From positions 6,919 to 70,918 of the forward strand of contig CALXUB010000019.1 of NCBI GenBank assembly GCA_944391565.1: a stretch of 64,000 nucleotides of DNA, given 5' to 3'. Positions 51,344 through 61,104 of this stretch are shown here, in pieces (positions within the stretch are counted from its first letter, which is position 1; each line of letters opens with the position of its first letter). Source of the DNA: an uncultured Alphaproteobacteria bacterium (GTDB taxonomy: Bacteria; Pseudomonadota; Alphaproteobacteria; CAAHEQ01; UBA3637). The notes under the pieces are model-generated. The model saw nothing but the letters and a program-made list of their open reading frames with translations, did no database searches and had not been told where the DNA came from. Made by a program: the position numbers and the translations under genes.

Positions 51344-51904
51344 ATGCAGGCTTATCACCAGGGAACAGTTGATTTCTTTTGTGCTGTGTATGCCATTATC
51401 AATGCGTCGCGGCTGTTGTTAAACGATGTCAATATCCGGTTCAGTTATGAACGCGGTTGTCATTTTTATCAGCATTTGATGACATATCTTCACGACAACG
51501 AGTATTTTATCCGGGTTTTAAAAAGCGGCACGGATTATAAATTGATGGATGAGTTGCTACAGGAAGCTTGTCGCTATTTGGAAAAGCAATTCAAAGGCTA
51601 TCGCATCACCTTTTCATATCCTTTTCGCAAGAAACGCGTGAAAATCCAAAATTTGCTGCAGCATGTCGAAGACTTTTTTAATCATCCCAAACAAACGTGC
51701 ATTATGCGCTACCACAACTTTGTGGAGGGCGATCATTGGAACGTGCCGAGGATTATTACAAAAAACACACATATTCTGAAATTTTGGGATCGCATTGAAA
51801 CAACGTTTGCCGTTGATGAATTAACCCTCAAACCTTACAAACGCGACGACCTGACGCATATAGCCAAAGACGGCGTAATTTATTTAACTTTGACAGAAAA
51901 ATAA
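51344..51904 (+). CDS. hypothetical protein (186 aa), possible Cys-His hydrolase fold
   Basis: An N-terminal Cys in a hydrophobic context (FFCAVYAIINA) and a later His (GDHWNV). I recognised no family. Confidence 0.45.
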   Translation: MQAYHQGTVDFFCAVYAIINASRLLLNDVNIRFSYERGCHFYQHLMTYLHDNEYFIRVLKSGTDYKLMDELLQEACRYLEKQFKGYRITFSYPFRKKRVKIQNLLQHVEDFFNHPKQTCIMRYHNFVEGDHWNVPRIITKNTHILKFWDRIETTFAVDELTLKPYKRDDLTHIAKDGVIYLTLTEK

Positions 51905-51967
51905 ACAAAATATCTTGCTCTTTGGGGTGAATCGTGCTATTCTTGAAAAAGATAGAGGAGAGGTTTC

Positions 51968-53326
51968 ATGAATATACAACAATTTTTGGATAAACTGGAG
52001 CTGCTGCGAGCCAAAGGCCGACAAAAGCCGACCCTGACCGAAGACCAAAAGTCCGAGCTGAAAAAACATCCCAAAGCCGCACGAACGGCATTGAAAAAAA
52101 AGTATTTGGAAGAAGCTCAAAAAGAAGTTGAAAATTGGATTTTCGGTATGCTTCAGGAAATGGAAGCCGATATTAAAGCCTCCGGTCTGCCGCCCGAGGC
52201 CGTCCAAGCTTTGTTGAACGCTTTGTCAAATGTCAAAGATGCCCGTTTCGTAGTGTCGCCGCAGGTCCTTGATAAAGTGGAAGACTTGAAACGCGAAGCC
52301 GAAAAACTGCAACAGGAACAAAAAAATCAATCAACGGCACAAAATGACCTTTCCCCGTTGCCGACGGCGGCTGCCGCTATAACCCTCACGTGGGGAGTCA
52401 TTGCTTTTGAAACCAAAAACAAAAAATACTACAAAGAAAAATTGATCCATCAACTGGCCGAAAGCACCCCCGACGCCGATTTGGTAAACCTGCCGGCGGA
52501 AGAATCGGGGTTTGTCCACAACCTGCCGCCTCGTCCGGCACGAGGCGTCGGTCGCAAACAACGCCGGGCTGCCTGGAAATTATGGCGTTCGGGCGCCCAC
52601 CGGGAAAGCGAACAACCGCCACCGCCGCCGGCTGCCTCCGGAAACGCTTACAGCCAACTGCATTATGATACGTTGCAAAGCCAGGCGCAGGATCTTAATG
52701 CTTATTTGCTCAAAGATGTTCAAGCCAAACGAAAAACCGACGGAAAACCGCACGTTGCCGACAATGTGATTTTGGCAAACCTGGCCGCGGCTTATCCGGC
52801 GCAACAGCGCTTGGCACAGAAAGCCGTTTATCAGGTTCATCCTGACTTAAAGGAAAAACACCAGGCCCAAACATTGGAAGCGGACAGCATGGATTTACTG
52901 AAAGGCGTAATCCGTCAGGAACGCGCCGTTCGCCAGGCAAAAGCCAAAATTCTGGAAAAGAAACTGAAACACATACTGCAAGCACACAAAGAAGCGCTCC
53001 GACAAACGCCGGATATCAAAGTGCCGCATTTAATCACTATTCAAACGGAATTGAATACACATCGACAAGTGCTGGCTCATTTGGGATTGGTGATGGACAA
53101 CTTTGACAAAGTGTTGGCCCAAAACAACCTGACAGCGACCGCGTTGATGAAAGACAGAGCCCGGATAATGTCTCAAGTGATGGCTTTGAATGTGACCGAC
53201 CTTCGAACCCGCAGCCCGTTAAAGCAGCGTTTGGGCACATTGGAACAAGAAACCACTCGTTTGCCGATGAAACGCATGCCGGGGCTGGCACACGTCAAAC
53301 GGCGCAACGGTCGACAAATTGCCTAA
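51968..53326 (+). CDS. hypothetical coiled-coil / low-complexity protein (452 aa)
   Basis: Rich in K, E, Q and A, with a PPPPPAASG stretch. No signal peptide. Confidence 0.5.
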   Translation: MNIQQFLDKLELLRAKGRQKPTLTEDQKSELKKHPKAARTALKKKYLEEAQKEVENWIFGMLQEMEADIKASGLPPEAVQALLNALSNVKDARFVVSPQVLDKVEDLKREAEKLQQEQKNQSTAQNDLSPLPTAAAAITLTWGVIAFETKNKKYYKEKLIHQLAESTPDADLVNLPAEESGFVHNLPPRPARGVGRKQRRAAWKLWRSGAHRESEQPPPPPAASGNAYSQLHYDTLQSQAQDLNAYLLKDVQAKRKTDGKPHVADNVILANLAAAYPAQQRLAQKAVYQVHPDLKEKHQAQTLEADSMDLLKGVIRQERAVRQAKAKILEKKLKHILQAHKEALRQTPDIKVPHLITIQTELNTHRQVLAHLGLVMDNFDKVLAQNNLTATALMKDRARIMSQVMALNVTDLRTRSPLKQRLGTLEQETTRLPMKRMPGLAHVKRRNGRQIA

Positions 53327-53341
53327 GAACATTTCGGACAC

Positions 53342-53929
53342 TTAAAACTGATTTTGAATATATCGATGCAACGTCACCCAACGACAGTTCATCAAACGGG
53401 CAATTTCGGCTTTGGAAACGTTTTGAGCCAGGAGTTTTTTTATTCTTTCGTGATTTTCCAAAAGATGTTGGTAGGAAAAACCAAACGGGCGCCCCAGATG
53501 TTTTCCTTCTTCTTTTAACCGCTGCAACGAGTTTTTGGTTCGTTGAGAAATAAGCTGCCGTTCGATTTCTCCGGCCAGACAAAACGCAAAAGCCAAGACT
53601 TTGGATTGGATGTCTCCGCCCAAGCGATAATGCTCTTTTAAAGTCCAAATCCGGCAGTCTTTTTCCAAACACTGCTGTAAAATACTCATGACCTCCAACA
53701 AATTGCGTCCCAAACGAGAAAGCTCGGTTGCAATCAGAACATCTCCTTTTTTCAGCTGTTTAAGCAGTTTGCCCAGTTTTCGGTTGTTTAATGTTTTTCG
53801 GGAAGAAATAATTTCTTCGATCCATTTATCGATTTTCATATTTTCTTTTTTGGCAAAAGCTAAAATTTCATGTTTTTAATTTTCAACATGCTGATGGTCG
53901 GTGCTGACCCGAATATATGCGTAATACAT
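53342..53929 (-). pseudogene. serine recombinase (DNA invertase/resolvase family) gene disrupted by in-frame TAA
   Basis: ATG at 53927-53929 encodes MYYAYIRVSTDHQHVEN and then a TAA stop (53876-53878). Translation resumes in-frame with ...KIDKWIEE… (track ORF 53342..53839). It aligns codon-for-codon with the intact paralog at 62451..63050, where a Q occupies the stop position. Confidence 0.7.
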
Positions 53930-54012
53930 TGTTTTTCCCTTATAAATAAGTTGCTCACATTGATAAGAACTAACAATAAGGATTAAAGATTGTCTTAAAA
54001 AACACTGTCTTT

Positions 54013-54141
54013 ATAAACCAGCGTTTATTGATATATGCATTTATATGTAAGATATGAAATATTATTTAAATTTTTATTAATAAAATAGTATTTTTACAAC
54101 TTTTTTGTTTTTTTTTATTTTATTCATAAACGCTGGTTTAT
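54013..54141. promoter_or_regulatory. candidate invertible promoter switch: perfect 16-bp inverted repeats (54013-54028 ataaaccagcgtttat; 54126-54141 ataaacgctggtttat) flanking a 97-bp AT-rich segment
   Basis: Inverted repeats read directly from the sequence. Each repeat is itself a near-palindrome (ataaac-NNNN-gtttat). The segment carries TTGTAA-N17-TAAAAA on the minus strand. It lies between the recombinase pseudogene and the ATG of the giant surface protein at 54172. Confidence 0.5.
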
Positions 54142-54171
54142 GCACAGGGCCCATAACAGTGATGAGACAAA

Positions 54172-57100
54172 ATGATTAAAAAAATACTTTTCAGTTTAGT
54201 GACCTTTGGATTGATTTTCAGCAATTCAAATGTTTCCGCACAAGTAAGACCGATGAACATTGCGCAAGCGAATCCCCGAACAATGATATATCATTATGCA
54301 CAAACCGGGAATCTTCAAAATCTGCTTTTATTAAAAAGACAAGGCTATGCCATCGACCTTGTTGATGAAAAAGGCAACAGTGCGTTATGTGAAGCCACCT
54401 GGCGACAGAACCAAACAGCCGTCGATACACTCATTCAAGCCGGCGCGGATACAAACAGCACCTGCATGCAAGAAATCCCGCAATCATATAAAGACGCCGT
54501 CAACATTACTTATATGGACGAACCCATCAACACACTTCGCAAACCCTCTAAGGCCGGCACAATTTGCTCGATCAGCAACAACGGTACACGAACTTGCACG
54601 CCTGTTTTGCAAGACGGCACTGTTGTTGCCGGAACCGACAAAGCCTCTGATCGTGCAGCAGCTGCCTATGTCATCGATCACAGCATCGGAACAACAGCTG
54701 CCGGAACCAATGAAGGCCTCAGCACCGGCGTTAAAATCGGTATCGGCATCGGTGCAATCGCCCTGATCGGCGGCGGTATCGCATTAGCCGTCGGTGGTGG
54801 TGGCGGCGGCGGCGGAAAAGGGAACGGTTCAACACCTACCGACCCCACTCATCCTGATAATCCGGACAACCCGGACAATCCCGGCCCCGATAATCCGGAT
54901 AACCCGGACAACCCCGATAACCCGGATAACCCCGATCCTGATAATCCGGATAACCCCGATCCTGATAATCCGGACAAGCCCGACCCTGACAATCCGGACA
55001 AGCCTGATCCTGACAATCCGGATAACCCCGACCCTGACAATCCGGACAAGCCTGATCCTGACAATCCGGATAACCCCGATCCTGATAATCCGGACAAGCC
55101 TGATCCTGATAATCCGGATGAACCAACCAAAATATGCAACGCCGGTGAATTCCTGACTGAAGCGGAAACATGCGAAAAGTGCGGACTGGGATATTACGCC
55201 AAACACGGATCGAACATCTGTACACCGTGCGCAGTCGGCAGCTATGCCAACCAATTAGGTTCCATTGTTTGCACGGCTTGTCCCATCGGTCGAAGCACTT
55301 CCGGGATTGCTTCCACTTCTTGCGACGTTTGCGCGACCGGCTACAAACAACAAGGAGAGTCGTGTCTGCCGTCATGCCGAGCCGGAGAATACTGGGACGG
55401 CAGCATGTGCGCGGCTTGTCCGCAAGGCACCTTCTCTATCGCCGGTGCAACAACTTGCTCGAAATGTCCCGATGGATATACAACGGCAGAAGAAGGCAGT
55501 TCTTACTGCGATGCCTGTCAAGAAGGGTATGTCTGGCTGGACGGATTTTGTGAGCAACAATATGAATTAGATCCCCAAGCTGTTTGTCAGCCCGGGTATC
55601 GACCGAACGATAACGGCGGATGTTCTCCCTGTCCGATTGATTCCTATGGCAGCGACGGCACCAATTGCTATCGTTGCCAAACCGGCTATACGACAAACAA
55701 AACAGGTTCCACCAGTTGCGATATTTGCGAGGAAGGATACTATTCCGACAATGGTGTTTGCCGGCCCCATTGTCAAGCCGGATATTATTGGGATGGCAGC
55801 AACTGTCAAATATGCGCGCCCGGTTCTTACTCCTCTAAAGGCAGTTTAAGTTGTACCGCGTGTTCCAGAAACACTTACCAACCATCAGCCGGTCAATCAA
55901 CATGTATTTCTTGTCCCGTCGGTTCATTGACCGAATCTGCCGGTGCGACAGCCATTGAACAATGCAACACTTGCTATGGCGGTTATATTTTAAAAGATGG
56001 TTCTTGTCAAACCTGTCCGGCCGGATCTTATGCGGACAGCTCATCCAACACCTGTGTTCAATGCCCGATCGGACAATACAGTCCATCTGAGGGACGAAGC
56101 GCTTGTTCTACATGTCCGGAAGGACAGACAACAACCGCCCTCGGATCGACAAGTTGCAGCTGTGACACAGCCAACGGTTATATTGCCGTCGGTGATGAAT
56201 GCCGCCTGAAACAATATTCCTGCGAAGCCGGCAATTATTGGGACGAGACAGAAGGCAGCTGTCAAACTTGTGAAGCTGGAACGTTTTCGGCTTCCGGTGC
56301 GAACTACTGTACCGCCTGCCCATATGGTTATTTCAATGCTTCAGCCGGTGCCGCCGTCTGCCAGGCATGTCCTCAAGGATGGACAACGTCATCCAACGGC
56401 ATGACAAAATGTGATATTTGTGCCGATGGGTGGACCATGGAAAACGGACAATGCGTCACAACCTGCCCGGCCGGACAAGTTTACAACGGTTCGGCGTGTG
56501 AAGCCTGTCCCATCGGCAGCTTTGCACTCAAAGGGGCTTCTTCATGTACCCTCTGTCCGCAAGGCTGGACAACATCCGCGGCCGGCGCCCTCACCTGTGA
56601 CCTCTGTGCGGACGGTTATCAACTGAATTCATCCACCGGCAATTGTGTTCATCAGGATGAAGGCGTTTGTGACGCCGGATGGGCTTGGAACGGGACTGAA
56701 TGTCAACCCTGCCCGGCCGGTGAATATTCCGAAGGAGAAAACTCCCTGTGCCACAAGTGTGCCATCGGGTATTATTCTACACAGGAAGGCAGCACCAGCT
56801 GCACCCGCTGTCCGGTTGGATCTACGACACAGGAAGAAGGTTCTACCAGTGCCTTGCAATGCAACATCTGCGGCATCGGATATTCTTGGTCCGCAAGTGA
56901 AGGAAAATGCGTCACGGAATGTAAGAACGGTATGTTTTGGAACGGATCGACCTGTGAACTTTGCCCGGCCGGAACCTATACCAGAGGCTTAGAAAATAAT
57001 GGCGCTATTCCAACTTCGTGCCAACCTTGTTCCGCCGGCACTTATTCTGCAATAGAAGGCGCCACATGGTGTTCATATTGCCCAAGTCACTCAACCTCTG

Positions 57101-60100
57101 TTGAGGGAGCAACCGACATATCCTTTTGCACTTGCGAAGACGGCTATTATAACACAGATAAAGTAACCGTTAATTGTGTGCCGCATTGTCAAGCCGGTCA
57201 AAGATGGACCGGAACCGAGTGTGTTGACTGTGCGGCAGGGACTTATTCATCCTCCAGCGGGGCAACTGAATGCTACCGATGCTTTTACGGTTCGATTTCC
57301 GAAGCCGGCGCAACCAGCTGTACATCTTGTCCCGAAGGTTTTTCGACTTCTGCCTTAGGATCAGACACTTGCGATATTTGCGCTGCGGGATATGAGGGAG
57401 ACGGCACAACTTGTACAATCTGTTCTGCCGGCACCTATTCGAATGCTTTGACGAATCGCACATGTATGCCTTGCGCGATCGGAACGTATATCAGTACTGA
57501 CGGCGGATCTTCCTGCACGGCTTGTCCGACCGGTTATACAACCGAAACAACAGGCTCCTCCGACGTCGAAGCTTGTCGTATCTGTTCGGAAGGCTACATC
57601 ATGAAAAACGGTAAATGCGTCGCCAACAACAAATCATGTGCCGCCGGTGAATATTGGGCAGGTGATTCCTGTGCTTCCTGCGCTGCGGGAACGTATTCCG
57701 TGGAAGGTTCCATTGCCTGCTTACAGTGCCCGAAAGGTACATATACTTTGGAAAGCGGAAGTCAAAGCTGCACATCCTGTCCCGAAGGATTTACGACCAT
57801 GGGTTTCGGATCCACAACGGCAGACGCTTGCTCAATCTGCGCGGAAGGATATAAGTCCGACGGCGCGGGCGGATGCGTCTTGGCACGGGAAACATGTCCC
57901 AGCGGAGAATACTACAACGGCTTTCAGTGTGTCTCGCTTCCTGAAAACGCCCAAACCGATGCAGATGACATCCGAGGATGGACCTGTGTCAGCGGTTATA
58001 CCCGCGTAGGGGATAACTGTATCTTGACGACAGATTTAAACATTACGACCAATCCGCAAGACACAACATTAACATCAACCATGACGGCAACCCTTTCGAA
58101 TGCCGGATCGGTGCTGGCTGTCAATGACGGCACGATTGAGATTTCCGAAACTGAAGGCAGCTCCAACAGTCTGGTCGGCATGAAAACAACGGGGTTTGGA
58201 TGGGGAAGTTATGAGGCCTATATCGTCAACAACGGCACCATTCAAATGACATCAGAGCAGGCTTCATTGACCGGTATTGACGCCGCTAGCCATTTTGCCG
58301 ATAACAACGGCACCATCCGGTTATCGTCCAACTCGGGCAGTTTAAATGGTATAGTAGCCAAAAAAGGATATAATTACGGCCAAATTGAGTTGACCGGCAG
58401 CAAATCTATTAACGGGATGAGCAGCAACTCTTATAACTCTGAGTTAAAAAATTACGGCTCTATTTTGTTAAACGGAACAAACAGCAATTATCTTTGTGGT
58501 ATCTCTTATAACGATACGAGCGATGTAATGGAGAACTACGGAACCATCCAAATCAATTCTTTTGAAGGAAGTAGTATGAGCGGTATGTCCGGAGACTTAT
58601 CCGTCAACTATGGCACCATTCGTATTCAAGATTACCAAAACATTTCCACGTCTTCAAGCTACCTGACAACAGGAATGAACGGCGGGAAAAACTATGGAAA
58701 TCTGTTCATAGATGTGCAAAACAGTGAAAAAGAGTATATTGTCAGCGGCATTCATTCCGGACAAAACTACGGAATGATTGACATCTATGCTCGAAATCTG
58801 GAGAAAAACACCCAATTATCCGGAGCGAATGCTTCAACTAATTTCGGAACCATTTCGATTGTCGCGGATCATGTTAAAAGCATCACCGGCATACTAAACG
58901 GCAACAATTATGGAACGATTCGGATGAACACTTCCGACACATCGACGGTCACCGGATTGAATATACAAAACAACGGAATGATAGAAATAATTGCATCCGG
59001 CGCGACAAATGTCTACGGTGTCTATAGTCCCTCTTTTTATGATACTCATAATAACGGCATGATCAAGGTGACATCCATTGGAAAAGAGACAAACACCACT
59101 GCCGGTTTGTACAACACAAAAAACTACGGTGACGTTTATGTCAGCGGATCCGGACAATATTTGTATGGTTCCAAGGGAATATCTGCTTCCAATTACGGAA
59201 ACATCACACTGACCGGCTCTGCCGATTATGTTTACGGAATGGATGGCTATTATAACAGCGGCACGATCCGTATCGATGCCTCCAAAACATCTTATGTTGT
59301 CGGCATGAAGCCAAGCACTATTTCCACGAATGAAGGAAAAATCAGCATCATCAACAGAGGAAATAACGCTGTTTACGGCATCTTGAATTATATTTCGACA
59401 ACAAATGCCGCCGGAGCGGAAATCAATATCGAAAACACCGGAAATGGAACGGCTCACGGCATTTCGGGCGGCTATTCCGTCTATAACGACGGAACAATCC
59501 GAATTACCAATACCGGCAACGGAACAGTCTATGGTATCGACAATGCGACTTCAGTGACGAACAGAGGTCTGATTGAAATTACCAATACCGGCACGGGGCA
59601 AGCCTATGGCATTTATCTGAATGGAGCCGACAAATTCGTTTCCAATGAAGGAACTATCTCCATCAACGGCACTTCCTACACAGGCAACGCACCGTCCGGC
59701 AATTTCATTGTTCTGGAAAACAACGCCAGCTTGGCAACCAGCGGAACATTATCAAGCTCGGGTGCACTGGATTTGAACGCTTTTTCACCGGACGGAACAG
59801 GGCGCATTGCATTGATGCCCAACGGCCGTGTAGAGGGCGAATCTATCTCGGGAGATTTACACATCGACGCATCCAACGTGACGAACGGATTTAAAACCGC
59901 TTACACACTGTCGGATGCCGTCAAGGCCAAAGAAACAAGCAATTTAAACTTAATTTCCGACTCGGCTTTATTTAATGCCGATTTGGCCGACAACGGCGAA
60001 GATGTCATTATGCAAATGAAATCTTTTGACCAAGTGACTGCCAACAAAAGCCTGGCTGATTTTTTGACGGCAAATTATGCGGCTGCCAACAACGAAACAC

Positions 60101-61029
60101 TCTTTAACGAGTTAAAATCAATTGAAACGCAGAAAGCTTTAAGCTCCGCCGTTAAATCCATAACGGGCGCCGAAATCATGACACGGTTCGCCAACGAAGA
60201 TTTAACCGCTATTCGTGATGTCAACCAAACCATGAACAGCCTGATGTTTGCCAATAACGACAAACCGATGTTCGAAGCAACCGGCGCTTTAGACACCTTC
60301 AGCTTTAAAAACAACGATCAATCCTCGGCGCAATATGCGTTAGCCAACAAACGGATCACGCCGCGCCTTAAAATCGGCTATGCCATGAGCAACACGAACA
60401 TGAGCACGGACGATGATCACGACACCACACGGCGAAACAATATCTTCCAAGTTTTCACGCCCGTCAACTATGACCGCTTTGGCTGGCAGTTCATCTCAAC
60501 GCCGCAAATCGGATATGCTCGCGCGCATTATACGCGTCAAGGATGGAACTCCATGTCCTATGACGGTATTTTGGAAAAAAGAATCTTTGCTTTGATGAAC
60601 GAAGCGCGCTACCCCATCGATTTAGGAAAATGGGACGTGTCGCCGACAGTCGAATTGAATGCAATCATCTATAACCAAAGAGGACATGAAGATAAAAAAG
60701 CATTTGCCCTCAGAATACCGTCAGATAACAGTGTCTCCCTGGAAGCCGGTTTGGGTTTCTATCTGCAGCGAAAGTTAGGTGATTTGAATGTTTCCATGGG
60801 GCTGATGCTTTATCGAGAATTTGCCGACCCCTACACCATGAAGGCCGGCATGCAAGAGATGAACGGAACATTTGACTTGTATGATGAAAAATATTCTCCT
60901 TACCGTGGAACAGCCTCTTTCCTTTTCGGCTACGACCTCGGCAGCTTTAATCTGTATGGTTCCCTGAAACACTTTATTGAAAATGACACGCATACCCATT
61001 TGAAAGCAGGTGTGAAATATGCCTTCTGA
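54172..61029 (+). CDS. giant autotransporter-like surface protein with tandem ephrin-receptor-like (GCC2/GCC3-type) cysteine-rich repeats
   Basis: 2285 aa. The layout runs: signal peptide (MIKKILFSLVTFGLIFSNSNVSAQV); an ankyrin-like repeat (GNSALCEATWRQNQTAVDTLIQAGADTN); a Gly-rich hydrophobic stretch; a (PDNPD)n linker; ~900 aa of repeats C-x2-C-x2-G-x-Y-(S/T)-x4-6-C-x2-C; a passenger-like region with NYG repeats; and a ~290-aa C-terminal beta-barrel-like domain ending …LKAGVKYAF. Confidence 0.75.
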   Translation: MIKKILFSLVTFGLIFSNSNVSAQVRPMNIAQANPRTMIYHYAQTGNLQNLLLLKRQGYAIDLVDEKGNSALCEATWRQNQTAVDTLIQAGADTNSTCMQEIPQSYKDAVNITYMDEPINTLRKPSKAGTICSISNNGTRTCTPVLQDGTVVAGTDKASDRAAAAYVIDHSIGTTAAGTNEGLSTGVKIGIGIGAIALIGGGIALAVGGGGGGGGKGNGSTPTDPTHPDNPDNPDNPGPDNPDNPDNPDNPDNPDPDNPDNPDPDNPDKPDPDNPDKPDPDNPDNPDPDNPDKPDPDNPDNPDPDNPDKPDPDNPDEPTKICNAGEFLTEAETCEKCGLGYYAKHGSNICTPCAVGSYANQLGSIVCTACPIGRSTSGIASTSCDVCATGYKQQGESCLPSCRAGEYWDGSMCAACPQGTFSIAGATTCSKCPDGYTTAEEGSSYCDACQEGYVWLDGFCEQQYELDPQAVCQPGYRPNDNGGCSPCPIDSYGSDGTNCYRCQTGYTTNKTGSTSCDICEEGYYSDNGVCRPHCQAGYYWDGSNCQICAPGSYSSKGSLSCTACSRNTYQPSAGQSTCISCPVGSLTESAGATAIEQCNTCYGGYILKDGSCQTCPAGSYADSSSNTCVQCPIGQYSPSEGRSACSTCPEGQTTTALGSTSCSCDTANGYIAVGDECRLKQYSCEAGNYWDETEGSCQTCEAGTFSASGANYCTACPYGYFNASAGAAVCQACPQGWTTSSNGMTKCDICADGWTMENGQCVTTCPAGQVYNGSACEACPIGSFALKGASSCTLCPQGWTTSAAGALTCDLCADGYQLNSSTGNCVHQDEGVCDAGWAWNGTECQPCPAGEYSEGENSLCHKCAIGYYSTQEGSTSCTRCPVGSTTQEEGSTSALQCNICGIGYSWSASEGKCVTECKNGMFWNGSTCELCPAGTYTRGLENNGAIPTSCQPCSAGTYSAIEGATWCSYCPSHSTSVEGATDISFCTCEDGYYNTDKVTVNCVPHCQAGQRWTGTECVDCAAGTYSSSSGATECYRCFYGSISEAGATSCTSCPEGFSTSALGSDTCDICAAGYEGDGTTCTICSAGTYSNALTNRTCMPCAIGTYISTDGGSSCTACPTGYTTETTGSSDVEACRICSEGYIMKNGKCVANNKSCAAGEYWAGDSCASCAAGTYSVEGSIACLQCPKGTYTLESGSQSCTSCPEGFTTMGFGSTTADACSICAEGYKSDGAGGCVLARETCPSGEYYNGFQCVSLPENAQTDADDIRGWTCVSGYTRVGDNCILTTDLNITTNPQDTTLTSTMTATLSNAGSVLAVNDGTIEISETEGSSNSLVGMKTTGFGWGSYEAYIVNNGTIQMTSEQASLTGIDAASHFADNNGTIRLSSNSGSLNGIVAKKGYNYGQIELTGSKSINGMSSNSYNSELKNYGSILLNGTNSNYLCGISYNDTSDVMENYGTIQINSFEGSSMSGMSGDLSVNYGTIRIQDYQNISTSSSYLTTGMNGGKNYGNLFIDVQNSEKEYIVSGIHSGQNYGMIDIYARNLEKNTQLSGANASTNFGTISIVADHVKSITGILNGNNYGTIRMNTSDTSTVTGLNIQNNGMIEIIASGATNVYGVYSPSFYDTHNNGMIKVTSIGKETNTTAGLYNTKNYGDVYVSGSGQYLYGSKGISASNYGNITLTGSADYVYGMDGYYNSGTIRIDASKTSYVVGMKPSTISTNEGKISIINRGNNAVYGILNYISTTNAAGAEINIENTGNGTAHGISGGYSVYNDGTIRITNTGNGTVYGIDNATSVTNRGLIEITNTGTGQAYGIYLNGADKFVSNEGTISINGTSYTGNAPSGNFIVLENNASLATSGTLSSSGALDLNAFSPDGTGRIALMPNGRVEGESISGDLHIDASNVTNGFKTAYTLSDAVKAKETSNLNLISDSALFNADLADNGEDVIMQMKSFDQVTANKSLADFLTANYAAANNETLFNELKSIETQKALSSAVKSITGAEIMTRFANEDLTAIRDVNQTMNSLMFANNDKPMFEATGALDTFSFKNNDQSSAQYALANKRITPRLKIGYAMSNTNMSTDDDHDTTRRNNIFQVFTPVNYDRFGWQFISTPQIGYARAHYTRQGWNSMSYDGILEKRIFALMNEARYPIDLGKWDVSPTVELNAIIYNQRGHEDKKAFALRIPSDNSVSLEAGLGFYLQRKLGDLNVSMGLMLYREFADPYTMKAGMQEMNGTFDLYDEKYSPYRGTASFLFGYDLGSFNLYGSLKHFIENDTHTHLKAGVKYAF
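54837..55125 (+). repeat. tandem ~15-nt DNA repeat (cc(t/c)ga(t/c)aatccggacaa(g/c)) encoding (PDNPD/PDKPD)n linker inside the autotransporter gene
   Basis: About 19 consecutive near-identical units are visible. All three frames remain open across the tract, which produces the overlapping repeat ORFs listed in the track. Confidence 0.8.
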
Positions 61030-61030
61030 G

Positions 61031-61060
61031 AAAAGCAGGCCTGATCCGGGCCTGCTTTTA
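61031..61060 (+). terminator. rho-independent terminator after the autotransporter gene
   Basis: aaaagcaggcc-tgatccg-ggcctgctttt: an 8-bp GC stem followed by a T-run, immediately after the TGA. Confidence 0.7.
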
Positions 61061-61104
61061 CAAGCATTTCAAAAACAGGCGGATAAAACTCTTTCAATAT
61101 ACTG

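Noticed and set aside
54013-54141. Interpreting the 16-bp inverted repeat pair as a simple terminator hairpin
   Set aside because: A 97-nt AT-rich loop is far too long for an intrinsic terminator. It also lies upstream, not downstream, of the adjacent genes' coding ends.
54837-55125. Possible CRISPR array
   Set aside because: The repeats are contiguous with no spacers, in-frame, and coding. No cas genes are present.
54794-55375. Several track ORFs on both strands (e.g. 54849..55139 -, 54836..55375 -, 54794..55156 +) made of SGLSG or RIIRI repeats
   Set aside because: They are artefacts of the 15-nt tandem repeat, which keeps all six frames open. The real product is the PDNPD linker of the autotransporter.
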